A stretch of 64,000 nucleotides of DNA from Paraspadella gotoi (Eukaryota; Animalia; Chaetognatha), in assembly GCA_051294375.1 (NCBI GenBank), contig JBJCIZ010000239.1:6557545-6621544 (forward strand), in the 5' to 3' direction. Below, in pieces: positions 11,865-24,516 of this stretch. The position numbers were made by a program, and so were the translations under genes. Position 1 is the stretch's first letter. The number at the start of each line of letters is the position of its first letter. The notes beneath the pieces were generated by a model, which was not told the DNA's origin, ran no database searches, and saw only the letters and a list, made by a program, of their open reading frames with translations.

Positions 11865-11967
11865 TGTAAAGCGCCCCGTCCCTTTTAACTGATAGGGGGC
11901 CACCGGGCTAGAACCCCGGACCTTTGGGTTGGGAGGCGAATGACTTGCCTCCGGCACCAATGGCCGC
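11865..11967 (-). mobile_element. tRNA-derived SINE head or tRNA pseudogene (Gly-CCC-like)
   Basis: The minus strand reads GGCCATTGGTGCCGGAGGCAAGTCATTCGCCTCCCAACCCAAAGGTCCGGGGTTCTAGCCCGGTGGCC. It shows an A-box-like TGGTGCCGGAGG, a B-box-like GGTTCTAGCCC and paired GGCCA/TGGCC ends. The anticodon stem pairs poorly, so it is not a functional tRNA. Confidence 0.6.
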
Positions 11968-12346
11968 TGATGAATGGTTGGTGGATTTTAGTCCACCATA
12001 ATAGGAATATGAAAATTGAAAATAGGCCCATTTAACTATAAGTCAAGAGAGTGAATGGGTAATTTTATTTAGGTTGTATAAATTTTATAAATATCAAAAC
12101 CTTATCATTTTTATAATCTCTAACAGACACTTTTAACAATATCTGAAGCGGACATACTCTAGTTTTAAACTTGCTTTGCCTAAATAAGCATTTAAAACGA
12201 TGACGACGACAACGACGACGACGACAACGATGACCAAAGGGTGACGACCTCGCGGACATCGAATGTCCAACGGAGTCGTCATCTCACGGTCGCGTTCATC
12301 ACAGCGTGACACTCGGCCTCAGCGTGTCGACGAGATCAGAGAAGAG

Positions 12347-12398
<52 letters not shown>

Positions 12399-12482
12399 AG
12401 AGAAAAAGAGTAATGAGCTTTTTTCGGACGTCCTTCTCGTTTTGACCACCCGTTGTCACCCTTCCCCCCTTTAACCCTTCTT

Positions 12483-12569
<87 letters not shown>

Positions 12570-12572
12570 AGT

Positions 12573-12622
12573 AACGTCAAATTTTCTTCCTTTTAACACC
12601 GCGTGACGTCATCCTGACGTAA
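12573..12622. promoter_or_regulatory. CRE/ATF site cluster
   Basis: TGACGTCA (12604-12611), TGACGTAA (12615-12622) and TAACGTCA (~12572) lie within 50 bp. Motif match only. Confidence 0.35.
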
Positions 12623-13015
12623 TTTCAGTTTAAATTCGGAATTAAGTCGATTTTTTATGTTTAAAGATTCTAGATGATTGATTTGGTTAAAGATTTGGTC
12701 AAGTCGCTTCCAACTCAATCCCCCCTCGTCAAAGCGGGGGCTTTGGACACGGTCCCGTCACGCCGTCACGCCCTCAGGACGGTTACGTTTTTATTCTGAC
12801 GCTGGGTCCTTTTTTTGTTTAGCGATTGACCGTGACGGGTAACACGTAACCCTTCCGACTGACTCCCTCTCCTCTGAATGAGAGGGGCCTCATTATGACA
12901 TTGATACAACCAATACAATAATTATTTATTCATTTAATAAATAAGCTCTGGGTTAATGCTTTCATCCCTCTTACAAGAAATTGAAGAAGAGAGAGAATGA
13001 GAGCAGAGTGCAGAG

Positions 13016-13048
<33 letters not shown>

Positions 13049-13051
13049 TGA

Positions 13052-13083
<32 letters not shown>

Positions 13084-13106
13084 AGGAGAGAGAGAGAGAG
13101 AGAGAG

Positions 13107-16068
13107 CAATAGACAATAGACAATATTAATTACTTGCGGCTTTAGGCACCTTGAGGGCCTTTAAAAGCTACCTATTTCTCAAGAATATTTACAAATTGTA
13201 ATTGACTTTGAAACAAAAGTGCATCGCACTTCTAACTACACTCGGTTGAACAAACTTCATGAAAACTCTCTAATTGACAATGAACACAGATTCGCTCCTT
13301 TCTAGTATTTCCCATCCCAGAAGTAGTTCTATCGGAGATATATTGGTTTGAATACGATTAAAAGAAATTCGATCAATAATGTCATCAAACAAATTATTAA
13401 AACGAATTATACGAGATAGCATTCTGTTAGAAAAGTCGCGCTACATATTGCTGTAAGGAATCATGTCTGCTGCATCTAATAAATATCAGTAGGGGTTGGA
13501 GGGGTAAATTTTGAAAAGTTCTTATGGCAAAGTACTGAAGCTTGTCAAATTTTTCCCAATGACATCTTGCAGCTGAAGCAAAACATGGTGATGAATACAT
13601 AAATAATGAGACAACAAGACTAGAGAATAATTGGTAAACAAGACGGTAGTTATCATTTGGTACAAATCTAGACAGGCGATTGATTGCTAAAATTTTTGAT
13701 CTTGCTTTAGTAAATAGATCATTTAAATGTAGAGTTTTTTAATTTTTTTAATTTTTATCTAAGTTACATCCTAAAAATTTAACTGTTTGACAAACAGGTA
13801 TTTTACTACCAAAAAGAAATAGTTCTATAGCATAATCATTATAAATATGAGTGCGAGTTAAAAGTAGACAGTTTGACTTATCGGGTAAAAGTTCTAAAAA
13901 CCACTTTTTGCACCATCCTTCTAAACGATTTAAAGTTTTTTGGAGACAAGTTACAGCGCTAGCGGGATCCTTTGAGGTAGCCCAGACGGATGATCATCTG
14001 CATATTGTGAGGCATTTTCCAAAACATCTGTGCTGTTCCATCGCTGGAGTTGTTGTAGACTTGGTTTTGGATTTTCTGTTTCGATTAGTGGAAGATCTTC
14101 TACATAGAAAGTAAAGATTTCTGGACTTTAAGACGGCACCTTGTGGAGAGCCACAAATGATTTTTATGGTACGTGAAGTTTCACCTTTACTTATAACACA
14201 AAATGTTCGATCACTGATGAATGATACTATTATTCGTAACATTTCCTTTGGAATTCCTGATTTTATTAATTTGTTATTTAGACCATCAAGCCAAATTGAG
14301 TCAAAAGCTTTTGCATAGTCGAGGTCACCAAAATTGTCACTCCTCTGATTTTAAATCCAAGATGAGCATCTTCTACAAGTCGTACTATGTTTTCTTGGGC
14401 AGATCGTCCTTTTTTGTAGCCTGATTGCAAATTATTCCGTTTACCTCTTAGTTCTAGCATAGATATAAACCTGGAGAATTATTCTTTCAAAGAGTTTTCA
14501 AGAACTGATAGTAAACTAATTGGCTATTAGTTTCTGGATGATGTCGCGTCTCGTCCTGGTTTTGCAATCATTCTGATATGTGAGCGAGTTTCCATGATTT
14601 GGGAAAGTAGCCAATGTTTAGGCAGGCACGGTATATGGCTAACAAGTGTTCAAGACCTTCTTTTGGTAGGTTTTTCAACATGCCATGAGTAATTCCATCT
14701 GTCCTGCAGCTGATTTTGTTTTAGAGATTTGATAAGTTCAACTAAATTTTTCATATTAAGATTTATGATTCATTGTATTCTTTAAATTCTTCATTTGTGT
14801 GTTCTATTAAACCAGTATGGAATAAAGCTTCATTTTTGTTTGACAAAACTTTCAACATGATTCGCCCACTCAATTTCCATATTGTTGGACTGGACTGGTT
14901 CCAAGAATACCTTCCAATCTATCTGCAAAAATATTGAGATTGGCGGCATTGTCTTCAGCTTGAGTGCGCGTCAGCTCGATAGACTAGTGCATCTGGTGGG
15001 GATGATGGCTTATAGTTTGTCAGTTCATTGATTAATTTCCATTTTTTTGCGGAGTCTTTTTCTTCTAGAATTTTTTAACCTCTTTTTCATAGTAAGAATT
15101 TAAATCCCTTTTTGTTTAATGTTCGGAGGTTTGCGACAAAGATAATTATATTCCTTTGACAAGTTTCTCTTGAAGGAGAGTAGCCAGCTTTTCGTGTTCT
15201 TAAAATTTTTCTCGCTAGCTTTCTTTTATTAATTACTTGTTTAGTTTCAAAGCTTATAAAACTTTTCTCTTGGTCTTTAGTGTTTTTTTCAATGGTAACC
15301 TCTTCATGAGATAATGTATAATTCAGCAAATTCGTTTATTTGATTTATCCAAATGATTTGGAGATCTTGAGTCAATGTGAAAACCATCCAATTTTTCTTT
15401 TACTGTAGTCTCGAATTGTTCCCAATTAGTTTTGTATGATTTTATTGTTTTGGATGGTCCACAAGAGATAGCACAGTTGCTACTGGCAATGTGATCTGAG
15501 CCAACATCGTTTAAAACTGTGCATGATTGCACCGTTTGTTACAAACTTGTCAAGAGTGAGAACAACATCAAGAACATTTGCATCATTATTAGACTTACTG
15601 ATATATGTTGGGTGTCAGTGTGTAATCGGCAGATGTCATATTTAGCAATGTAATTTAAAAGGTTAATCCTTGAGGAGAGTCAAATCTACCTCCTACTTCT
15701 GTTTGTGGTGAGTTTAAATCTCCAGCGAATAAGCTGCATATAATTTAGGTTGCTTTGAGAATTCTGTAAAATTATAAAATATAGATTCATTCAATTCTTT
15801 TCCCGGGTGATTATATGCGGTGCTTATGATCAGTTTTAACTTATCTTTTAGAAGAATTTCGACAAAAAGACATTCAGGAATGTCTGTTGTTGGTTTTAGT
15901 GTTCCTGCACTTAAATGATCTGGTATCGGCAATCATTACTCCGTCCAGCCGCTGTATTAGAGCTCGCTGACAAGAATTTAAAGCCTTTAATGCGAAAAAG
16001 CTCATTTTCTTGACATCTGATGTCTTACATGTTTAAAAAAAAGAAGAACTTTTCTTTGTATGAGTCAC
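13107..16068 (-). mobile_element. Decayed non-LTR retrotransposon (LINE) ORF2, APE + RT, I/Jockey/R1-group-like; no ORF1 seen
   Basis: Ordered motifs on the minus strand across frameshifts: ISTAYNHP, GDLN (15712-15723), PTY…VLD, GSDH (15491-15502), KPGRD…PISLLS, QSGYKKGRS, AFDS, GSPQGAVL, YADD (13993-14004), KFLG. The 3' end finishes in (ATTGTCT)2 followed by (CT)n. Confidence 0.92.
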
Positions 16069-16135
16069 GAGAGAGAGAGAAGAAGAGAGAGAAGAGAGAG
16101 AGAGAGAGAGGAGAAAGAAGAGAGAGAGGAGAGAG

Positions 16136-16181
<46 letters not shown>

Positions 16182-16610
16182 AGATTGAGTCTTCACCCTA
16201 ATTACTCCAAAAACGATTGTGAAAATCGATACTAGTCGTCGATCAAGTTGACTAAACGAGGAGGAGGAGGAGGAAGAAGAAAAAGAAGAAGAAGAAGAAG
16301 AAGAAGAAGAAGGAGAAGAATAAAAATAAGAAGAAGAGGAGGAGTAGGAGGAAAGGAAGGCAAAGTGGAGCGAAGAGTAGAAGAGCTTAAAGGAGCAAAA
16401 TGAAGGAGTGGTCTAAAGATTAAAAAAGGGAGAGGTTTTGAAATTATAAGAAAGAGTTAAAAAAATATGGGAGAAATAACATGTAAAAGTATTGAGGGAA
16501 GCAAGAGGTGAAATGAGAGGAATATAAAAATATTTAAAGAAAAATAAGTTAATATAGAAATGATTGAAAAGGAAAGAAGAAAGAAATTGGAAGATATAAA
16601 AATGACAGAA

Positions 16611-16753
16611 GCTTATTTCTTTGACGAAATGATCGCGAACAGACGGACAGACTGACCGAAAATGCAGCTTATTTCTTTGACGAAATGATCGCGAACAGAC
16701 GGACAGACTGACCGAAAAGGCAGCTTATTGATCCGCGTCTCGAAGGAACTAAA
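16611..16753 (-). mobile_element. Terminal remnant of a second HINE-like family (B) with a 56-bp tandem duplication
   Basis: A 56-bp unit is repeated at 16611 and 16667. CAGACGGACAGACTGACCGAAAA…CTTAT…ACTAAAA resembles the reverse complement of the family A 5' end and of 21440-21847. Confidence 0.5.
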
Positions 16754-16819
16754 ATTTATAGACCTTATTTTCTCATAGTGAACGATTTCATTTTAAAGTT
16801 GGAATAAAGTTTAAAGACT

Positions 16820-17000
16820 GTGTTAAAGGTTAAAGGTTAAAGGTTAGGTAAAGGGATTAGGTTAGCTATTAGAGTTAGGGATTAGGGTTTAAAATTATAG
16901 AGATTAGATTAGAGAATAGATTAGAGAATAGATTAAAGAATATATTAAAGAATAGGGTTCAGGATTAGGTTTGAGTTTTATGTTACGGTTAGTAATAAGG
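16820..17000 (+). repeat. Degenerate TTAGGG/TTAGG-like tract
   Basis: GGTTAAAGGTTAGG…TTAGGGATTAGGG. Similar tracts occur at ~21060-21185, ~51670-52070, ~61430-61460 and ~61600-61870. They are interstitial and degenerate. Confidence 0.6.
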
Positions 17001-17037
17001 TTATGTGTTCGGAAATAGATCAGGATTAAATAAAAAT

Positions 17038-17147
17038 ATTAGTAGAAGAAAAAACAAATTTTGTTTTGGCAACAACAATGTTTTTAATTTAAATAAAAAA
17101 AAACCATCGTTGTTGCCAAAACAAAATTCTTTTTTTTTTCTACTAAT
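17038..17147. repeat. Short palindrome with ~50-bp arms
   Basis: ATTAGTAGAAGAAAAAACAAATTTTGTTTTGGCAACAAC… pairs with …GTTGTTGCCAAAACAAAATTCTTTTTTTTTTCTACTAAT. Confidence 0.85.
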
Positions 17148-17539
17148 TCAAACACAACGAAATAAAAGAATTCGTTACAAAAAAAATAATAAAATCAAGT
17201 TCTCGGATTAAGAACAGAAATGCGTGCGTTTGGAAAACAGAGCCAAAAGATACAGAGCAAGACGTTAAGGGGAATAATCAAAGTTGATAAATAACTAAAA
17301 AAATTAATATTATTTTAAAAAAAAACGAAAACTTCAGTCAAAGCCTAAAATGAGGGGGGCGGTTGCGGGTTCGTGGCTGAAAGCCGATAACAACAACGAC
17401 AACGAAAACGACAACAACAACAACAATCACGACGACAGAAGCTGAAATACGAAGAAGGCAAACGGAGAAAAAAATGTTTTGGGGTATGAGTAATTGCCCG
17501 TCGGTTTGGTTACTCGAGGCGGAGAAATCGGGATGGTGT

Positions 17540-17599
<60 letters not shown>

Positions 17600-18347
17600 A
17601 TGCGCTTTTCGAGCTCTTTGCAATTGGTCCTGTTCCATAGTCAAATTACGTCGGAAATCATCAAAAGTAAGAAAAATGATTTTATGATTTCAGATGAAAA
17701 AAAGCTTTTATTCTTAATTCTATGTGCTTTTTTTATACTTGAATTAAGATTTAAGCTGAGTTAAAAATTTCTCCGCTCGTAAGAATTGAAAGCCAATCGA
17801 AAATGACTTTATTCTAAACAAGCATTTCAAGCAGAGACTTTGGCCTGATGAGAGACTTACGGCCAAGCATTCAATTACTTTTTTCCCTATCACAATCACA
17901 AAAAAAAACAAGCAATGACAAAAATCTTATTTCAGTCTCGAACCAAGCACGGCCCTAAAAGGTCCATCACCAAGCACTGCAGCCGCCACAGCCGCCGCCG
18001 CAGCCGCCACCGAGAGAGATTCACCTTCTCCCTGATTCAAGGACATTCACTAATTTTGTTCTCGGCGTCGATTTCACGTCGATTTCACGCGCCGGGCGTC
18101 GTCGTCGTCGTCGTCGTCATCGTCGGGAGGCGACGCCGCGGTTTAAAGACGAACGAATCTCTGAAAATCGGCGCCGTCCACTTTAGCTGCCACCCCAACC
18201 CACCAACCCTCTATTCCCACCTTTAACCACCCCCCAGCACCATCTAATCCACCTCACCCACAAATTCCCTTCTCTTGACCCCGACGGTCGACTCGCGTCT
18301 TGCGATCCCGACAAAAGAGCGAAAAGGGGCCATTTACAGACTTTCAC

Positions 18348-18413
<66 letters not shown>

Positions 18414-19984
18414 ATTTCCATCGCATTCTCATCGCGAGATTTACAATGGAACCATCTGACCATCGCCATTGTTGACCGGCTACATTCATGACGACGACGA
18501 CGACGATGACGTAAGAAATCGTTTGTTTTTATGGGTTTTCGTCGACCGTGAGAGAATCGGGTCCGACCGCCGTAACGGCGTAACTCTTCGTACAGTTTCT
18601 CTCTCTCGTTACATTCCTGGTAAATTCTGGGTCCTTCGAAGCGAAGTGGCGAGGAAATTGAGCGAGGATTGGAGAAGACAGAGTCGAGAAAGCTGCTTCC
18701 GGATTTTTTTGAAAAAAGGATTCCGTTCTTAAGCTGGAAAAACGATTGGCTGTGGAGAATCTGTTTGAAAGAGAATTTTTTTTACTTATAGAGAAATTCT
18801 GTGGAATGTTTGGTGATCCTCTGAATGATTTTTACTGATTTGCGGATTTTTCTTCTCTAAGATATTATATATATTATATTATATATTACTTTTACTTCTT
18901 TCCAAATAATGTTCTTTCACAAAAAAAATATTCTCAGCTAAATCGAAATTTAGCCTAAAACTAGACTAAAATCTCTTCAACAAAATGATTAACTTAACCA
19001 TCTTAACAATGCAAAACCAAACACAAAAAGAGATTACACAGTCTCTGAAACTTGGGGTACGTGAGTAATTTTAAATTCAAAAGAGAGAAAAAAACTGGAA
19101 TCTCAAAAATTTGGTGTTGTTAAGGTGTTCACAGTTCAAAGTTACCCCGGGTGATGAAGGCAGTTAATAAAACTGGAAACTGAACTTAAACTTAACTGGG
19201 CTATTTCAGGTTACGAATTAGAGTTATTTTTAAAATATTAAAGTATTAATATTAATATTAATATTTATATTAATATTAATATTAATATTAAAGTATTAAT
19301 ATTAAATATTAATTTTGCTAAGGGATTAGGAACAGAGAGGGGGCGCTTTCAGAAAATAGTGCCCGTAACTCGAGACTATATGACTCGCAGCGGGAAAAAA
19401 ACAAAAGGGATTTTTCCGCCAAAAGAGGTCGTTAAAAACCTGGAAGAGATGGAAAAAAGAAAAAAGTAAAAAAAGGAGGAAAATAAAAAAAAGTAAAAAA
19501 AGGAGGAAAAAGAAAAAAGTTAAAAGAGGAGGAAAATAAGAAAAAGTAAAGGAGGAAACAAAATTGGTGAGATTGAAAGAATGAAAGAAAGAAATAATGA
19601 GAAAAAGAAGGAAAGAAAGAAGGAAAATGGAAAAAAGGAAAGAAGGAAAGAGAAAAAGAAGGAAAGATAGAAGGAAAAAAGGAAAGAAAGAAGGAAAGAA
19701 AGAAGGAAAGCAGGAAAGAAGGAAAAAAGAAGGAAAGAAAGAAGGAAAGAAATAATGAAAGAAAGAAAGAAAAAAAAAGAAAGGACGAGTCGAGAATCGC
19801 CACTGAAATCTCCTTCAGGGTCGCGTGAACTCGACCCACCTTCGCCGCCGCTGCCGCCGCCCCCGCCGCCGCCGTCACCGCCGCCGGCGACATTTCCGAG
19901 TCATTTGAGGCGATTAGCGCCGCTACCGACGATTCGCGATCGCCTAATGGCGGTGGGAGGGAGAACGGAATTTTACCTGGAGTT

Positions 19985-20021
<37 letters not shown>

Positions 20022-20073
20022 GTGACTTACTTTATCGTCTGCAATTGATGTGAAAAGATAGACAGAGAGATAA

Positions 20074-20104
<31 letters not shown>

Positions 20105-21329
20105 CCAGATTATTTAGAGAGACGGTGAGACAGACGGACAGACATCTATGAGATACGTTGAGAGACCGACAGACAAGCGTACAGACACCTTATTAGACAA
20201 TAGACATAGAGAAAGACAGACGGACGGACAGTTACCTAATTAGACAGAGAGACAGACGGAGGGACGGACAGACAGCCTCTTAAACAGATTGACAGAGACA
20301 GACATACAGACGGACAGTTAACTATCAGACAGAGATAGAGACATACTGACGGACGGCCGGACAGAAAGACAGTACCTCGTCTCGATTCTCTCCCCTTAAT
20401 GACCCTCGATAACGAGGAGACGTTAAGGACTTCAATTTTCCTTGACGAGTTTCGATCTCATTCTCCATCGGAATCCGCTGCCCCGCTGCTCCGCCCCTGC
20501 TCTGCCGCTGCGGCCGTTGCTCTCGCCGCTCTTCCCAGCCGCCAGCCGACGAACGGCGGGGCCCCTAATGAACGGAACAAACGAACAAATTAAGGAACGA
20601 ATCGCCCTCTTTATCCCCAGATCCTTACTTCACTCCCCCCCCCCACTTCCCCCCTCGCCCTATCTCTTTTCTCATTTCCGTCGATCGAAATCGCTAACGG
20701 ATTTTTTAGAGGTCTTTTTTTTTCGAGGGGGTCAACATTGTGGATCGGGTTGTTTTGACTAAAGTACTTGGTTTGTTTGGATTTTTCCCTTTTTTAAATA
20801 TAAATTTGTTTTTAATTAAGAAAGAAATCAACACTCTAAACTTTATACCTAGTAACGATTTATTAAGAGAGAGACCAAGTACTCAGTGAATTAATTTTTA
20901 AACTATTCTCTTGATTTGAAATTTTGTAGGGACTTGTTTTCAAGGTCCGTTTAGACTAAGTAAAGAACACAAGACTATTGTTTTCGTAGATGAAGCATTA
21001 GACGGATGGAAGGAAAAGCCTTATTGTAGCCTTATAGTGATAATACTATGTTTATCGTTACCTTTGCCCTAATCCTGAACTCTAACTCAAAAAATACATA
21101 ATTTCTATCCCTAACCTCTTTAACCTTAAACCCTAACCCAATTCCCTAACCTTAATGCCTAGATTAATTCCTAACCTTAACCTCAAACATAATTTTTAAT
21201 TTAAAGAAGATCGGTCCATCCAATGTGTTGCGCCGCATTGACTCTCTTAGCCCGTGTAGTATTTATGATGCGCAGTTGCGCACTGTAATGGAATTCTGTC
21301 TTTACATATATATATTGTTTTAGAATTTC

Positions 21330-21847
21330 CTGAAGGCGGCGCTAGCAGTCACTTAGATTTGAGGTTTTTTCTTAACAAATGAGAGAGTTATGAGGATTTT
21401 TAACGTCAGTGGGACAGACCAATGGATAGACAAACCGACCGACCGACCGTCAGACCGACCGAAAAGTGACTTATTATGAAATTGGTACAACCAATATAAA
21501 AATTATCCATTCATTTAATAAATAAGCTATCTTGTCCCTGACTTTGGACAGGCTTTGGTGGTTTAAGGCCTCCATCACACTTACAAGATAATGACATAGC
21601 AGGTTTCTGCAAGCTTTCAATCAAGACTCTCTCACAGTCTTATTTATTCACTCCCAGTGAACCTGGTTTTCCTATCAATGAAGTGGTATAATATTTCAAA
21701 GAATGTTTCAATTGTATGAAATGACCACTCCCTTAAGTATTAGATCGGGGAATACTATATTGTACTCCGCACTAGCATCAAAATACAAGGAGCTGAATTT
21801 TATGAAATTGGTATTATTATAGCGAGTCCTCGCGGGGCAACTAGAAA
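21330..21847 (-). mobile_element. HINE-like family B remnant interrupted by a nested repeat
   Basis: (GACC)n followed by GAAAAGTGACTTAT at 21435-21474. The terminus appears to resume after the insert as TATAGCGAGTCCTCGCGGGGCAACTAGAAA (21818-21847). Confidence 0.45.
21474..21813 (+). repeat. Unclassified interspersed repeat family C
   Basis: Shares AATTGGTACAACCA…, CCTGACTTTGGACAGG and AGCTTTCAA…AAGACTCTCTCA with 31638-31830 and 42610-42810. Partial copies occur at 6270-6385, 12896-12980 and 59118-59150. Confidence 0.7.
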
Positions 21848-22124
21848 TTTAACTAATTCCGAATTTAAAATAAAATGAAACGTTCAGGGAAAATAAGGCC
21901 GAAAAGTATCTTTGTTATGGACGCTCCTACGCATCCGTTATCAAAATCGGAAATTTGCCGTTTTGGCGATTTTGTCTTTCAAGTTGACCAATCGTATAAG
22001 AACCTTTCGAAAATTTCGACCAATCAGAAACCCATATTCTCGCGGCGCGAACCCAATTTAAGACGGGAATCTCAACATCAATTTCTCGAGTTTGTGAAAT
22101 GGAAAAATCGCTGATGAAACTGAA

Positions 22125-22235
<111 letters not shown>

Positions 22236-22764
22236 AGTACGTCGAATGGAATCGGGCCGGATAAACAAAAGAACGATAAGGAGAGAAAACAGAAAGAAAG
22301 AGAGAAAGAAAGATTGAAAGAAAAAAAGAATGAAAGAAGGAAATAAAAGACCATCCATTAAAATTAAAATAAAAAATAAAAAATATTATGACTTCTTTTT
22401 TTTAATCACACAAGATATCATTTTCAAAATAATAACCAAACAAACAGAACAAAACAACAAAATAATAAATCAACTCAAATTCACCCAAACGCGACATTTG
22501 ATTGGCTGTCGATCTTAGAGTCTGGGCAGACTGTCCAATCCGCGGCTGCCAGTAACGATCTGGATCTTGCCATTTAGCAGCTTTTCTCACAGGGAGTTGG
22601 CGCGATGTTCAGAGGGTAGTGGAGGGTGGAGAGGGGGGGGTCAGTGAAAGTCGTCAAAGTGAAAGTGTGAAACTTCTTCTTGAAGATGGTTGTTTGGAGA
22701 TGAAACTGATTGACTTTCAAAAGACTTTAGAGGGAGGAAAGGAGATGAAAGGTCTTGCTTTGTG

Positions 22765-23060
22765 GTCAAAGGAGAAAAAGGAGAAAAGGAAAAAGTAGAA
22801 AAGGATAAAAGGGGAAAAGGAGAGAAAGGAGAAAAGGAAAAAGTAGAAAAGAATAAAAGGGGAAAAGGAGAGAAAGGAGAAAAGGAAAAAGTAGAAAAGG
22901 AAAAAAGGGGAAAAGGAGAGAAAGGAGAAAAGGAAAAAGTAGAAAAGGATAAAAGGGGAAAAGGAGAGAAAGGAGAAAAGGAAAAAATAGAAAAGGATAG
23001 AAGGGATAAGGAGAGAAAGGAGAAAAGGAAAAAGTAGAAAAGAATAAAAGGGGAAAAGGA
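22765..23060 (+). repeat. 48-bp purine-rich minisatellite
   Basis: About 5-6 units of AAAGGAGAAAAGGAAAAAGTAGAAAAGGATAAAAGGGGAAAAGGAGAG, which produce the spurious 16-aa repeat ORF. Confidence 0.9.
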
Positions 23061-23401
23061 AAGAAAAGAAAAAGGAGAAAAGAAGGAAGAGAGAAAAGAT
23101 AGAGAAGGAGAGAAGTAAAGATGATGAAGAGATAAAAAGGGGAAACGAGAAATGGATGAAAGGAGATAGAAAGAAAGAGAGGAAAGGAGAAAGAAAGAAA
23201 CGGAGGAAAAGGGGAAAAAGAGAAACAGAGGAGAGAAGGAAAGAAAAGGAGGAAAGAAAAGAGGAAAAAGCGAGGAAAAGACGAAAACGGCCGCCATGGC
23301 AGAATAAAGAGAAGTCTTGCAGAAATTCGCCCAAACATCAATCAAGGGGAAAGGACGGGGTCGGCAGACAGGAGAAGAGAGAAAGAAGAAGAAGAGAGAG
23401 A

Positions 23402-23438
<37 letters not shown>

Positions 23439-23581
23439 GAGAGAGAAGAGAGAGAGAAGAAGAGAGAGAAGAGAAGAGAGAGAGAGACAATAGGAACCGA
23501 CAATGGAACATCAGTATGGATAAGCTGACGCCGGTCATTTCGAATTACCAATATGGCCCATGCCCTGGAACTGAGGGGGGG

Positions 23582-24516
23582 NNNNNNNNNNNNNNNNNNN
23601 NNNNNNNNNNNNNNNNNNNNNNNNNNNNNNNNNNNNNNNNNNNNNNNNNNNNNNNNNNNNNNNNNNNNNNNNNNNNNNNNNNNNNNNNNNNNNNNNNNNN
23701 NNNNNNNNNNNNNNNNNNNNNNNNNNNNNNNNNNNNNNNNNNNNNNNNNNNNNNNNNNNNNNNNNNNNNNNNNNNNNNNNNNNNNNNNNNNNNNNNNNNN
23801 NNNNNNNNNNNNNNNNNNNNNNNNNNNNNNNNNNNNNNNNNNNNNNNNNNNNNNNNNNNNNNNNNNNNNNNNNNNNNNNNNNNNNNNNNNNNNNNNNNNN
23901 NNNNNNNNNNNNNNNNNNNNNNNNNNNNNNNNNNNNNNNNNNNNNNNNNNNNNNNNNNNNNNNNNNNNNNNNNNNNNNNNNNNNNNNNNNNNNNNNNNNN
24001 NNNNNNNNNNNNNNNNNNNNNNNNNNNNNNNNNNNNNNNNNNNNNNNNNNNNNNNNNNNNNNNNNNNNNNNNNNNNNNNNNNNNNNNNNNNNNNNNNNNN
24101 NNNNNNNNNNNNNNNNNNNNNNNNNNNNNNNNNNNNNNNNNNNNNNNNNNNNNNNNNNNNNNNNNNNNNNNNNNNNNNNNNNNNNNNNNNNNNNNNNNNN
24201 NNNNNNNNNNNNNNNNNNNNNNNNNNNNNNNNNNNNNNNNNNNNNNNNNNNNNNNNNNNNNNNNNNNNNNNNNNNNNNNNNNNNNNNNNNNNNNNNNNNN
24301 NNNNNNNNNNNNNNNNNNNNNNNNNNNNNNNNNNNNNNNNNNNNNNNNNNNNNNNNNNNNNNNNNNNNNNNNNNNNNNNNNNNNNNNNNNNNNNNNNNNN
24401 NNNNNNNNNNNNNNNNNNNNNNNNNNNNNNNNNNNNNNNNNNNNNNNNNNNNNNNNNNNNNNNNNNNNNNNNNNNNNNNNNNNNNNNNNNNNNNNNNNNN
24501 NNNNNNNNNNNNNNNN
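23582..24516. other. Assembly gap (935 N)
   Basis: Run of N. Further gaps: 24863-24895 (33 N), and exactly 25 N at 27356, 35083, 45811, 46602 and 62358. Confidence 1.

Noticed and set aside
17840-17870. CTGATGA inside a TTGGCC/GGCCAA hairpin as a hammerhead ribozyme
   Set aside because: There is no stem II followed by GAAA and no stem III.
21818-21845. Canonical Helitron 3' end (hairpin + CTAG)
   Set aside because: It is not followed by T and no 5' TC start was found. It is better explained as the displaced terminus of the HINE-like family B copy.
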